Assembly (NCBI GenBank): GCA_963719495.1
Contig: CAVRCI010000007.1
Coordinates: forward strand, 128,001-192,000
Direction: 5' to 3'
Origin: an uncultured Verrucomicrobiae bacterium
GTDB lineage: Bacteria > Verrucomicrobiota > Verrucomicrobiia > Chthoniobacterales > JAATET01
Length of the DNA: 64,000 bases
Under the pieces are notes generated by a model, which was given only the letters and a program-made list of their open reading frames with translations, did not search any database and was not told the DNA's origin. Position numbers and translations under genes: made by a program. Positions within the stretch are counted from its first letter, which is position 1; every line of letters begins with the position of its first letter. Shown here piece after piece: positions 1-10,010 of the stretch.

Positions 1-595
1 TGGCGAGAGAAGCCAACCCGAGGGCCAGCGCCGCGGCCCAAAGAAACCGAATGGCGTGCGCCTGCTCGCGCTCCGGATCGACCCAAGCCGAGAGCCGACC
101 CGCCGCGCGGGCCTCCCGCAGATTCTGCTGCTCGATCGCAAACCGCGCCGCGAGCTGAATCGCGACGACGAGCGGCAAGAAACCCGTGATCGTGGACGTG
201 CCCGTGACCGAACTCAGAAACACACCCGGCAACACCGGCACCGCGAAGACCAGCAACGCCAGCGCCGGACTCCGGACGACGACCCCGCTATACGAATACA
301 ACAACCACCCGAGCAGGAACCCACCAGCCAGAGCCGACACGCCCAGCGAAGGGTTCGGCAGCCCGACGGCCGCGAAGGGAATGGCCGCCAGAAAGGGCAA
401 CGGCGGCTGCGGGATGCCGAGGCTGGCGAACGTCAGCAGATCGCCCCGCGCCGCCAGGATCGCCCGCGCGGAGATGAGCGCGCCTTCGTTCGTCAGGAAG
501 CCACACCACGCCGCCAGGGCCTGGCCCGTCGCCAGCAAAGCGACCGTCAGGGCGACGACAACGAACGCTATCCCAAGCGGCGAGAATCTACGCAT
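1..595 (-). CDS. Multi-pass membrane protein, runs off the window edge; last visible gene of the leftward EPS operon
   Basis: Manual translation from ATG at 595: MRRFSPLGIAFVVVALTVALLATGQALAAWCGFLTNEG...; very hydrophobic; start overlaps the GT2 stop (ATGCGTAG); not in the ORF track. Confidence 0.7.
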   Translation of the reverse strand, partial: MRRFSPLGIAFVVVALTVALLATGQALAAWCGFLTNEGALISARAILAARGDLLTFASLGIPQPPLPFLAAIPFAAVGLPNPSLGVSALAGGFLLGWLLYSYSGVVVRSPALALLVFAVPVLPGVFLSSVTGTSTITGFLPLVVAIQLAARFAIEQQNLREARAAGRLSAWVDPEREQAHAIRFLWAAALALGLASLA

Positions 596-2438
596 CGGAC
601 GTTTTGGGTGCGGCGACGTTCGCGTGAAGTCCACCGGTCATGGATGACAGGCCGTGGTCGGTTTTTTCCCAATAAAAGGGATTCACGATCAGCTGCCAGA
701 GTCCCTTGTAAGCCGCGATGGCGTGCAGCATCCAATAGAACGGATTCAGCAACGCATACGGGCTCAACGCGTGGCGCCCGCGCCGGAAGACGGCGAGCAC
801 GCAGGCGTAGACCGCCATCAGATTCCCGATCACGAGATTCGCGATCGAAAGCGTGAGCAGCCACGGCGGAAAAATGGCGTCGATCAAGGGCGAGCGCGTG
901 ACCGCCCACACGATCACGATGAGCCAGAGGATCGGATTCACGAGAAACGTGAAGGGAGTCCCGCCGATGAAGAGAACGAACCCAATGAACCCGCGCCACC
1001 CGATGCGACCGATGATCCGCGACGGATGCCGGGTGTGCACGAGGAAGGTCTGCATGTAACCCTTGATCCAGCGGGAGCGCTGTCGGATCCAGTTGCCGGT
1101 GTGGCAATTCGCCTCCTCGAACGTCGTCGAATCGATGGTCGCAACCGTGTAGCCGCGGGCGTTGGCGCGAACGCCGAGGTCGGCATCCTCGGTGACGTTG
1201 TAGGGGTCCCAGGCACCGAGCTCGCGCAGCCGGTCGGTCTTGAAATGGTTGCTCGTGCCCCCGAGCGGAATCGGGATCCGCAGCGCCTCCATGCCGGGAA
1301 GATTGTAGTCGAACCAACTCGTGTATTCGAGCGTGAAGAGCCGCGTGAGCAGGTTCTCCCGCCAATTGAAGTAATTGAGGCAACCCTGAATGCACACGAC
1401 CCGGTCGGACAGTTTGGCGAAGGAAACGACGACCTTTTCCAGCTGATCGGGCTCGGGGTAATCCTCCGCGTCGTAGATCGCGGTGTATTTCCCGCGGACG
1501 AAGAACATGCCGAAATTGCACGCCTTCGGCTTCGTCTTCGGGCTCGCCGGCGGGACGATGATGGTGTGGAAGTTCGGCGGCGGGTTGATCGCCCGCACGG
1601 CAGCGATCGTCTCGTCGTCGCCCTCTTCGAGCAGGATGTTCACGTCCAGCTTGGCCAGCGGGTAGTTGAGCGCCGAGAGCTGCCGCACGAGGCCGGAAAT
1701 CACGAGGGGCTCGCGGTAGACCGGGACGAGGATCGAGTAGATCGGGAGCGCCGCCGGGTCGATCGCGTCGAGTTCTCGCGGCGACACCTTGTGCGAGACC
1801 GTCCGCGTGGATCCCACGAAGACCAGCAGCGTCTTGAACCCCACGCACAGCGTGTAGAAGAGGTTGAGCACGCAATTCACGACGATGATCGTCGCGATCG
1901 GCGCCGCGAGCAGACCCGCGAGGATGGCCGATCCGACCGCCCAGATGAATCCAAGCTGCGGCGGCGTGAAGGTCCGCCGGGCCGAGGCCGCCGGATTGGC
2001 TCTCGACAGCCCGTGCACCGCTTCGTCGAGAAAATCCCCGCCCCGGAATCGCGTGACCGCCTCGACCCACTCCTCCTCGAGCAGCAGACAGGGCCGGGCG
2101 GTCGCCGGGCGCAGCGTGGGCGGCAGCCGCGCGGGGTCCACGGCGGCCGTCGTCGGCAGGCCGTCCGGTGTCAGGACCGGAAGTGCGTGGTGGTCCCGCC
2201 AGAGATCCCAAGCGATGCTCGCGGACCGATCCGCGTCGAGCCGAAGCGCTCCCACCTCGTGCCGCACCACGTCGTGCACCTCCTCGTAGGCCCGCAGGTA
2301 GGCGGCGGCGCCGACGAGGCCCAGCGTCCGAAGCAGCGGATCGGCCTCGACGCCCCAGCTCGCCGCCGTCCGCTCGACGCGCAGGCGATCCCCGATGCCG
2401 AGGAGGCCCTGCTCGTGGAGGTGATTGACGACGCGCAT
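588..2438 (-). CDS. Processive GT2 polysaccharide synthase (COG1215-like) with a possible degenerate N-terminal MshEN-like domain
   Basis: ILVPVYRE, KTKPKACN, YDAED (DxD), VTEDADLG (TED) and RQRSRW (QxxRW) motifs; flanking TM helices. Confidence 0.9.
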   Translation of the reverse strand: MRVVNHLHEQGLLGIGDRLRVERTAASWGVEADPLLRTLGLVGAAAYLRAYEEVHDVVRHEVGALRLDADRSASIAWDLWRDHHALPVLTPDGLPTTAAVDPARLPPTLRPATARPCLLLEEEWVEAVTRFRGGDFLDEAVHGLSRANPAASARRTFTPPQLGFIWAVGSAILAGLLAAPIATIIVVNCVLNLFYTLCVGFKTLLVFVGSTRTVSHKVSPRELDAIDPAALPIYSILVPVYREPLVISGLVRQLSALNYPLAKLDVNILLEEGDDETIAAVRAINPPPNFHTIIVPPASPKTKPKACNFGMFFVRGKYTAIYDAEDYPEPDQLEKVVVSFAKLSDRVVCIQGCLNYFNWRENLLTRLFTLEYTSWFDYNLPGMEALRIPIPLGGTSNHFKTDRLRELGAWDPYNVTEDADLGVRANARGYTVATIDSTTFEEANCHTGNWIRQRSRWIKGYMQTFLVHTRHPSRIIGRIGWRGFIGFVLFIGGTPFTFLVNPILWLIVIVWAVTRSPLIDAIFPPWLLTLSIANLVIGNLMAVYACVLAVFRRGRHALSPYALLNPFYWMLHAIAAYKGLWQLIVNPFYWEKTDHGLSSMTGGLHANVAAPKTSDA

Positions 2439-2447
2439 CGCGATCGA

Positions 2448-4403
2448 TCAGCGAGCGTGTTGCCGACCCTGTTTGTAGACGAAAAAAATCGTGCCCGAGA
2501 GGGCGAGCCACAATCCCCCGACCGCCCACCAGCGCCACTGCCGCCAATCGCCGATCACCCCGCCGGGTCCCGCCGAGACGATCTCGATCCCCTCTTCGGC
2601 GGCGACCGTCGCGGTGGGTGCCTCGGCCGTCCCCGGGTCGCGGGTGCTCATCGTGAGCACGGGACTCGATCCATCGCCGACGATCACGTCCCCCGCCTCG
2701 ATCCAACGCGCGGCGGCGACCTGACCGGACATCGCCGCGAGCGCGGCTGGTCCGTCGGGGCCGGAAGATCCGGCGACGATGACGGGCCGCTCATCCGGGC
2801 CGGAACCAAGTTGCCAGTAACTCAGGCTTTCGTCGCTGGCGACGCGCAGCACCTCGCGCCCGCCATCGCCGCGGACCGTCACCTGTCCCGCATCAATGGC
2901 GATCGGCAGCGTGTCCGCAACGCCGTCCAAGTCCGCCGGTAATTCTCCGATCACCACCGTCGGCGCGTTGCCATCGGGCCGCTCGGTCAGCCGGGGTTCC
3001 AACCGCGTCGTGCGGTTCACCCGCTGGAGCCAGATCGCGACGGAGGCCGCGACCTCGAGCGTCCCACCGGCACCGAGCACGACGTCGTACGGCCCACCGG
3101 CAAAGGATCGCTGCGCGGCTTCGAGCAGACTCGACGGCCCGGTCGCGGGGGCGGGCGAACCGCCCCCGGCCGAGATCGCGAGCGTCTCCTCCAATTGCCA
3201 GAAGTAGGGCTTCGAGGGATCGCCCGGAATCATCACCACCCGCACCTCGCTCTCGCCTCTGAGATGCTCCGCCGGGAGCGCGACCGACCAGATGAATGTC
3301 GGACTCGCCGGATCCAGGGAGACCGAATGAACCAGCTGATCGTTGAGAAAAACCGCGCCAACCATCGGGCCGAAGCCCGACAGGTCCGACATCCGCCCGG
3401 CGAGATCGAGGATGAGCCGTCCCGGCGACGCGCCCAATCGCGCGGGTGCGAAGCTGAACTTCCGCTCGGTGTCGCCCGGTCCTCGATTCAGTTCACCGAT
3501 CCGCGGATCGAGCGCCCGCAAGGTCGTCGGATCCTCCGCCTCGTCCGCCCCGGCCGCATCGGCGACCGCGCTCATCTCGTCGCCGGGGATCACGGATTGC
3601 CCGGCTCCGATCAACATTTCCCACAGCGCCGCCGCTCCCACGGCATCCGCGGCGGACAGCGTGATGACCCGCCCGTTGGGCCCGGCGGCCACGGCGATTC
3701 CGGCTTCCCGCCCCGAAGCGATCTCGATCACGATCTCGTCGCCGACCTCCGGCGGCTCGGCCGCAACCGTCACCCGCCCGAAGGGTTGCGCGTGCGCCGC
3801 CCACGTCGCCGCCCGCAGCGCCAACTCCGCCGCGACCGGATCGCCCGGCCCGGGCAACCGAATTGTGACCGTCGGCCCCAGGGTCGCGGCCAGCCGCCCC
3901 ACCGCGAGCCAATCCGGATCCGCCGGATCGACGGAACAAACGAATTTCGTCTCGGGCCGGACGTCGATCCACGATGTCTCGCGAAGAATGTCGCCGCTCG
4001 CCGCCGGCTCGTCCCGGAGCGCCAGCGCTCCCCGCACCGTCAACTTGAGAACCTGGCTCGTCGGGTCGTCGGCCTTCACTTCCGCCGGGATCGCGGCCGA
4101 GATCGTGAGCGATCCGTCCTCGCCCACCGCCTTCGTCGCGACGGGGCGTTCGTTGACCAGAATCGTGACGACCGACCCCGGATCGAGAAAGGGCGACGTC
4201 TTCAGAACGACCTGAAACGAGGAAGTCCCGACGAGAAAATCCCGGCTCGGCAACGGGAAGAAAAAATCGCGTTCGACCGTCGTTCCCGCCAGACGCTCGG
4301 CTCGGACGAAGCCGATTTCGGCCAGGTTCCGCTCGACCACGACCGGAGCGGCCGTCGCCGATTGCAGGAGAATCGAAGCAAAAAGGGATCGGAGGATTTT
4401 CAT
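2448..4403 (-). CDS. BcsB-like periplasmic co-polymerase subunit
   Basis: Signal peptide, two beta-rich modules (FFFPLP...ILVNERPV; VFLNDQLVHS), one C-terminal TM anchor; directly upstream of the GT2. Confidence 0.6.
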   Translation of the reverse strand: MKILRSLFASILLQSATAAPVVVERNLAEIGFVRAERLAGTTVERDFFFPLPSRDFLVGTSSFQVVLKTSPFLDPGSVVTILVNERPVATKAVGEDGSLTISAAIPAEVKADDPTSQVLKLTVRGALALRDEPAASGDILRETSWIDVRPETKFVCSVDPADPDWLAVGRLAATLGPTVTIRLPGPGDPVAAELALRAATWAAHAQPFGRVTVAAEPPEVGDEIVIEIASGREAGIAVAAGPNGRVITLSAADAVGAAALWEMLIGAGQSVIPGDEMSAVADAAGADEAEDPTTLRALDPRIGELNRGPGDTERKFSFAPARLGASPGRLILDLAGRMSDLSGFGPMVGAVFLNDQLVHSVSLDPASPTFIWSVALPAEHLRGESEVRVVMIPGDPSKPYFWQLEETLAISAGGGSPAPATGPSSLLEAAQRSFAGGPYDVVLGAGGTLEVAASVAIWLQRVNRTTRLEPRLTERPDGNAPTVVIGELPADLDGVADTLPIAIDAGQVTVRGDGGREVLRVASDESLSYWQLGSGPDERPVIVAGSSGPDGPAALAAMSGQVAAARWIEAGDVIVGDGSSPVLTMSTRDPGTAEAPTATVAAEEGIEIVSAGPGGVIGDWRQWRWWAVGGLWLALSGTIFFVYKQGRQHAR

Positions 4404-4900
4404 TGAAGCAGCCAGACGGTGAGCGAGACGCCGAGAGCGATCAGCGCCGAGATGACGATTGGAATCGTGAGCCGGCGGCGACTGGCTCCGGAAGCCGTCG
4501 CCTCGGAGACCTCGGGGTGGCTCCGCTCGAGCAGCCGACGAAAGGCCCCGACGATCTCATCGCCGCCGCAGGGCTTGAGGAGCACGAGGTCCGCTCCGGC
4601 GTTCATCAAGCCATCGCGGCCGCCCCAATCCGACCAACCGATCAACACCACGATGGGCGCGGTCACTCCGTTCCGACGCAGCTCGGCGACAGTCTCGTCG
4701 CCCGCCGGATCGCCCAGCCGGGCCGCGATCAGGCAGCCATCGAATCTCCAAGGCTCCGTCAGATCACGACCGCCGACGGCCCGTTCGACGCGAAAGCCGG
4801 CGGCTTCGAGCGTCCGGCTGACGGCTCGGGCCGAGAGGTCGTGGGTCTCGACGAAAAGAATTCGGCAGGCCGCCGCCGCCGGGGCGAGATCAGCGGCCAT
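4400..4900 (-). CDS. Atypical receiver-domain protein with C-terminal TM helix
   Basis: RILFVE...APIVVLIG...AGADLVLLKP receiver fold; ATG at 4900 overlaps the upstream gene end; Ala at the expected phospho-Asp position. Confidence 0.75.
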   Translation of the reverse strand: MAADLAPAAAACRILFVETHDLSARAVSRTLEAAGFRVERAVGGRDLTEPWRFDGCLIAARLGDPAGDETVAELRRNGVTAPIVVLIGWSDWGGRDGLMNAGADLVLLKPCGGDEIVGAFRRLLERSHPEVSEATASGASRRRLTIPIVISALIALGVSLTVWLLQ

Positions 4901-6023
4901 GGCTTGGAGTGATTGGCAGCGTGAGCAGCACGGTGAGCTGATCCCCGTCGCGCCGCTGGACCAGGGTTTCTCCGCCGAGGAAGCGGGCGTTGCGTCTCGC
5001 CAGCGAAAGTTGGAAGGGCGTCGCGTCTTCGCCGACCGCAAACGGACGGAAGAGTCGCTTCGCCGCGTATTCGGTGAGGCCCGGGATGTTGAGAACCGAG
5101 CGGAACTCGATCGATCCGAACTTCCGTCCCACGCGCAGCTCGATCGAGCGATCCGCGCCGAGCAGCTGACCCAATCCATCGAGCAGCTCGACGAGAGTGC
5201 CGCCGAGCAGCTCCGGACACGACGTCAGCGAGCAATCCTCGACGTAGGCGTCGAGTTCGATCCGCCGGTTGGCGAGCCGGGACCGGAAATCGGTTTCCCG
5301 CGCACTCCACCAGGCGCGGATCCGGATCGGCACGAAGGCGGGTGCCGTGGCGGACTCGCCGCCGAGTTGCCCGAGAGTCCCGATGGTCGTCGCCAGGTCC
5401 CGGGCGGCGGCGTCCAGATCCTCGACGGTCGCGCCCATTTCTCGCGGTAGATTCTCGCTTCGCAACAGCTCGGCGTTCAGCCGTAGCGCGGTCGCGGCAT
5501 CGTCGACGGAACGAGTCAGCCAGCGCGAGAGATCCTGAAACATCTGGAGACCATCACGTTCCAGCCGCTCCTCCAGGACGACCCGCGACGCGAGCCGGTT
5601 CTTCTCGGCCGAATGGCGCAGGAGATTGCGGACCATCAGCCGGGGCTGACGTTCGAGCAGAGCCAGGAAAGCGCTCGCCGAGATGCGCAGGACGACCGAT
5701 TCGCTCCGCGCGACGATCCGAGCCCGGCGCACCACCTCCGGGACCCGGTCGCCATCGGTGTCGATCACGGCCCCCTCACCGACGAACTGCCCCACGTCGA
5801 GCCGCGCGCATTCGGTGAACTCTCCCGCCGCCGTGCCCCGCACGAGCAAAACCACCTCACCGCGGGCCACCACGTGCAGCGCGTCGATCCGGTCGTCATC
5901 GTCGAAGAGAACCTCCCCGGCCCGCAACCGGATCGGGGAGGACTCGCCGGCGAGCCACTCGATTTCGTCCAAAGGCAGACCGTCGCAGAGACAACTCCGG
6001 CACAGCGACTCGACCGGATCCAA
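4890..6023 (-). CDS. Cyclic-nucleotide-binding domain fused to a degenerate histidine-kinase-like domain
   Basis: AGEVLF...LHVVARGEV...GQFVGEGAVI cNMP motif followed by a HisKA/HATPase-like region (RLFRPF, LSLARRNARFLGG); TTG start at 6023 with AAGGGA upstream; start uncertain. Confidence 0.7.
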   Translation of the reverse strand: MDPVESLCRSCLCDGLPLDEIEWLAGESSPIRLRAGEVLFDDDDRIDALHVVARGEVVLLVRGTAAGEFTECARLDVGQFVGEGAVIDTDGDRVPEVVRRARIVARSESVVLRISASAFLALLERQPRLMVRNLLRHSAEKNRLASRVVLEERLERDGLQMFQDLSRWLTRSVDDAATALRLNAELLRSENLPREMGATVEDLDAAARDLATTIGTLGQLGGESATAPAFVPIRIRAWWSARETDFRSRLANRRIELDAYVEDCSLTSCPELLGGTLVELLDGLGQLLGADRSIELRVGRKFGSIEFRSVLNIPGLTEYAAKRLFRPFAVGEDATPFQLSLARRNARFLGGETLVQRRDGDQLTVLLTLPITPSHGR

Positions 6024-6107
6024 CGCATCCCTTGTGTCGCTCTGCTGGCCGAATACCGACGATTCCCGTGCTTGCAAACCGTCGGGATGATGCCTTCTCT
6101 TCCCCGC

Positions 6108-6983
6108 ATGGCAAGCCGAACGACGATCCTTTTTCGAATCGTTCGCCGCGTGATTCACCCGCGATATCCCCGGCTCGCGGTGATCGCCGTCCTGCTCGCG
6201 ATGCCCGCGAATTTGCAATCGGGTGCCTGGACCCAGCCGAAGGGCGAAGGCCTCGCCGTCCTCGCCTACTACTTTTACACGACCGATGAACAATTCGGCG
6301 ACGGCTGGAAGCGCGAGGACTTCGGTTTCGACGGCCGCTTCACGAAGAACGAGTGGAACCTCTACGTGGAATATGGGCTGACCGACGGCGTGACGCTCAT
6401 CGGGAATTTCTTCCTCGATGGCCTGGCGTTCGAGAATGAATTCGGTCGCGACACGAACTTCGGCCTCGCCGATCAGGTGATCGGACTCCGCTACCGGCTC
6501 TCGGAAAAAATCCCCCAAGCCCTTCAGCTCATGGTGAAAATCCCGGGCCCCTACGACGTGAACGACTCCCCGGCCCTCGGCAATGGCCAGACCGACGTGG
6601 AGCTCGACTACTTCATCGGCCAACCCTTCCCCTTCGGCAGCCGGTGGGGTTTCGTCGACGTCGGCGTCGGCTACCGGCTCCGGACCGCCGAACCCGCCGA
6701 CGAGCTTCGCTGGTATTTTACGGGCGGAGTCGAGCTCACCGACTGGCTCGACGTTTATTTCCTCGAAGCCAGCGGCATCCACGGGCTCGGCAACGACACG
6801 CCGCAGTCCGTCGGCGACAACATCCTCCTCACCACCGACTTCGACCTGATCAAAGTGGGCGCGTCCGCCCTCGTCGAACCCATCCCCGGCTGGATCCTCC
6901 AAGCCGGTCCGTATTGGCAGATCGCCGGACGAGCGACCGGCGCGGGCGGCGGATTCAAAGTCGCGGTCTGGCGGGAATTTTAG
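6108..6983 (+). CDS. Putative outer-membrane beta-barrel protein
   Basis: Signal-like N-terminus, then AWTQPKG; alternating aromatic beta-strands; ends VAVWREF with terminal Phe; start could be GTG 6150. Confidence 0.65.
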   Translation: MASRTTILFRIVRRVIHPRYPRLAVIAVLLAMPANLQSGAWTQPKGEGLAVLAYYFYTTDEQFGDGWKREDFGFDGRFTKNEWNLYVEYGLTDGVTLIGNFFLDGLAFENEFGRDTNFGLADQVIGLRYRLSEKIPQALQLMVKIPGPYDVNDSPALGNGQTDVELDYFIGQPFPFGSRWGFVDVGVGYRLRTAEPADELRWYFTGGVELTDWLDVYFLEASGIHGLGNDTPQSVGDNILLTTDFDLIKVGASALVEPIPGWILQAGPYWQIAGRATGAGGGFKVAVWREF

Positions 6984-7154
6984 CCCGCATCGGCAATTTC
7001 GTAGGGGAAACCCTGATTTTTGTCGTTTTTTCAGAAAGTGACAGCCCTCACGACGGATTTTTTGTAAGCAAATCGTCCGAAGCTTCCCGAAACGGGTTGG
7101 GGTGCAAATCGGCTCGATCACCGGGTCAGCCCACCCGCGCGGGTGCTTGACGAC

Positions 7155-10001
7155 ATGAAGCGACCATCCGACATCCCATTCAGATCGATTGCGGCCATCT
7201 CGCTGCTGCTCCTGAGTTCACCCCACGGTTCGGCGGCGTGGCGGAGTGAACTCTACCCTTCCTCCTGGGAGCCGCCGACCGACGCCGTCGCGTTCGAATA
7301 GGATAAAATCATCCAGGATTTCTCCCACGCGGGCTACCGCCGGGGAGAAGCTCCCATCCCGCTCGTCCCGGGTCCCGTCTTCGACGTGACCTCCGCGGCG
7401 TTCGGCGCGGATCCGACCGGGGCGGCCGACAGCACGGCGGCGATCCAGGCGGCGATCTCCGCCGCGGAGACCGCCGGTGCGGGCGTGGTGTTTCTCCCCG
7501 CCGGCACCTATCGCGTGGAAGTTCCGCCCGACGCGACGGCGGCCCTCTCCATCTCGGGTTCCGGTGTCGTCCTGCGGGGAGCCGGGCGCGACTCGACCCG
7601 GATCGTGAATCACACGACCGACATGCGGAACCGGGCCATCATTCGCTGCGCGCCGACCGGCGACGCGAATTGGCGCGCCGCGAGTGGAGCCAGCACCCCG
7701 ATCACCTCCGATCTGCCCGGCCCGACGTCGACCCTGCCCGTCGCGAATCCAGCCCTCTTCCGCGTCGGCGAATGGGTCGTCGTCCGTAACGAAATCACGG
7801 AAGCGTGGATCGCCGAACATCGGGAAGACGAATGGTCGGGCTACGGCGAGAATCTCGGCGGCCTCGCCTACCTGCGACGGGTCACCGCCGTGGACGGCCC
7901 GAATGGTCGGATCTCCATCGATCTGCCCATCCGCTACGCGCTCAAAGTGCGCGACGCCGCCCGCGTCGCCCAGGTCGCCCCGCCCCTGCTCGAGATCGGC
8001 CTCGAATCGTTCTCCATCGCGAATCGCGAAGTGACCGAAGCCACTGGCTGGGGGGAATCGTCCGACGATTACGATCAGCCGGGCACCGGAGCCTACCAGT
8101 GCCACCGTTCGGTCGCCATCGAGCTCGTCGGACTCGCCGACGCCTGGGTGCGCGATGTTGCCTCGTTCCAACCGGTCGGCAACGCCTCGACCGCCCACCT
8201 CTCGAGCAACGGCGTCGCGCTGGAGTTCTGTCGGAACGTCACCGTAACCAATTGCTCCTTCGCCCGACCCCAATACGGCGGCGGCGGTGGCAATGGGTAC
8301 ATGTTTCGGGTCCAGGATTCGAGCGACTGTCTCGTCGAAGACAGCGAAAGCACGTTCTCCCGCCACGGGTTCATCCTCATCGGCATGGCGGCCTCGGGGA
8401 ATGTCTTTCACCGCTGCGCCGATCACCAGACGGCGCGCTACACCGGACCCACCGGCGAGGTGGTCGCCTCCGGGTTCGGCAGCGAGCATCACGCGCGCTT
8501 CAGCCACTCGAACCTGACCGATCACTGCACCGCGGACGCCAGCGCGTTCCTGGCGGTCTACCGACCATTCGGCAACGCGCCGAGCCACAACCTCACCGGC
8601 GCGCACAGCGTGTTCTGGAACACCGAGGGCATCGGCGACCCGATCACGACGGCGGGGGGACCGTCCGTCACCATCGGCGATGGCTCCGAGGTCGTCGCCT
8701 CCCAGCAAAGCCGCTACGGCTACGTCATCGGCACGCGCGGCACCCGGACCGGCGTGCTCACCGGTGCCTACTACACGGCCGCCGATTCCGCCGCGAAAAC
8801 CGACCCGGTCGATCACGTCGAGGGCGTGGGATCGGGCGACACGCTGGCACCGAGTTCGCTGTACTCCGATCAACTCCTCCGCCGCCGCGGCACCGCCGAC
8901 CTGATCGCCGACGCCGGGACCAAGCAGGTGCTCCGCCCTCCGACGACCGACGGCGTCCTTGAAGCTCGGATCAGTAGTGCTCCCGCGGATTTGCTGGCGA
9001 TGCCCGCGACTTTCGAGTGGCTGCAAATCGATGGCCCCGCCGAGGCGACGCTCGACGCGGCCACGTCGGCCCGGACGTCCTACCGCCTGCCGTCCTTCGG
9101 CGTTTATCGCTTCCAAGTCACCGCGACTCTGGGATCGACGTCGACGTCGTCCGCGGTCGAGGTCGAATCCCGAGGTGCGACGGCGGCGACCCAATCCGCC
9201 GACCGCTTCGCGATCCAGGATGCCACTGTCCGCAATTCCTCCGAGGTCTCCCCGACGCCCTTGGGCAGCCAGACGTTTCTCCAGATGAAGCGGGCCAACG
9301 CGGCTGACTTCCAACGCGAGATTCTCCTCGAATTCGAAATCGGCGACCTCGACCTGACGGCGCTCATCGATGCGGAGATGGTGCTCACACCCCGCGATCC
9401 GTCCGATGGCTACCACGCCCGCGTGTCGACGCTGCCCCCGTCGTCGTGGTCGGAGAGCGCCGTCACCTGGCCGTCGCGCCCCGCGATCCGGGACGCCCTG
9501 GGCGACGTCGCCGGGAGCGGACTCGTTCCGCTTCGATTTGGTGTGGCCGACGCGATCCGCGCCGCCCGCGCCGACGGCGAGAGTCGCTTGGGATTGACGC
9601 TCGCCATCGTCGCTCAGACGAGCAGCAGCGAGGTGCCCACGTTCGTGTCTCGCGAGGCGGGAAGTCCGCTCTCCCCCCGGATCGTTCTGACCCTCCTCGC
9701 GCCGCCCCCGACGATTCCACCCGCGACCGTCGTGCCGGAAGCGCTCGAGCTGAAGGTCGGCAAGCGGGTCCGACTCCGGCAAGGCGTCGCCAAACTCCGC
9801 GGGGTCGTCAAGAGCGACACCCGGCTTCGCTCCCTGCGGATCCGAGGCCCCCGGGACAAAACCAAGGCCACCATCGTCCGAAAAGGCCGGGCGTGGAAAG
9901 CGCGCCTTGAGCTGCAGCCCGGTCGCAACCGACTCGTGTTGACCGCCATCGACACCGACGGCACGCGCACGCGGGTCCGGGTCGTCGTCACCGCCCGATA
10001 A
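7155..10001 (+). pseudogene. Secreted beta-helix (pectate-lyase-like) polysaccharide enzyme with PKD-like, DNRLRE/CBM96-like and basic C-terminal domains; interrupted by in-frame TAG at 7299-7301
   Basis: ATG 7155 is in frame with ORF 7386..10001: MKRPSDIPFRSIAAISLLLLSSPHGSAAWRSELYP...FE*DKIIQDFSHAGY; FGADPTG.ADSTAAIQAAI...VFLPAGTY motif. Confidence 0.7.
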
Positions 10002-10010
10002 CCCATCTGG

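Noticed and set aside
6024..7121. N-terminal extension of ORF 4890..7121
   Set aside because: It is antisense to the beta-barrel gene; the cNMP domain begins near 6023
7299..7301. Genome-wide TAG recoding or pyrrolysine insertion
   Set aside because: TAG terminates many genes here (for example at 588, 6983 and 16175), and no pyl genes are visible
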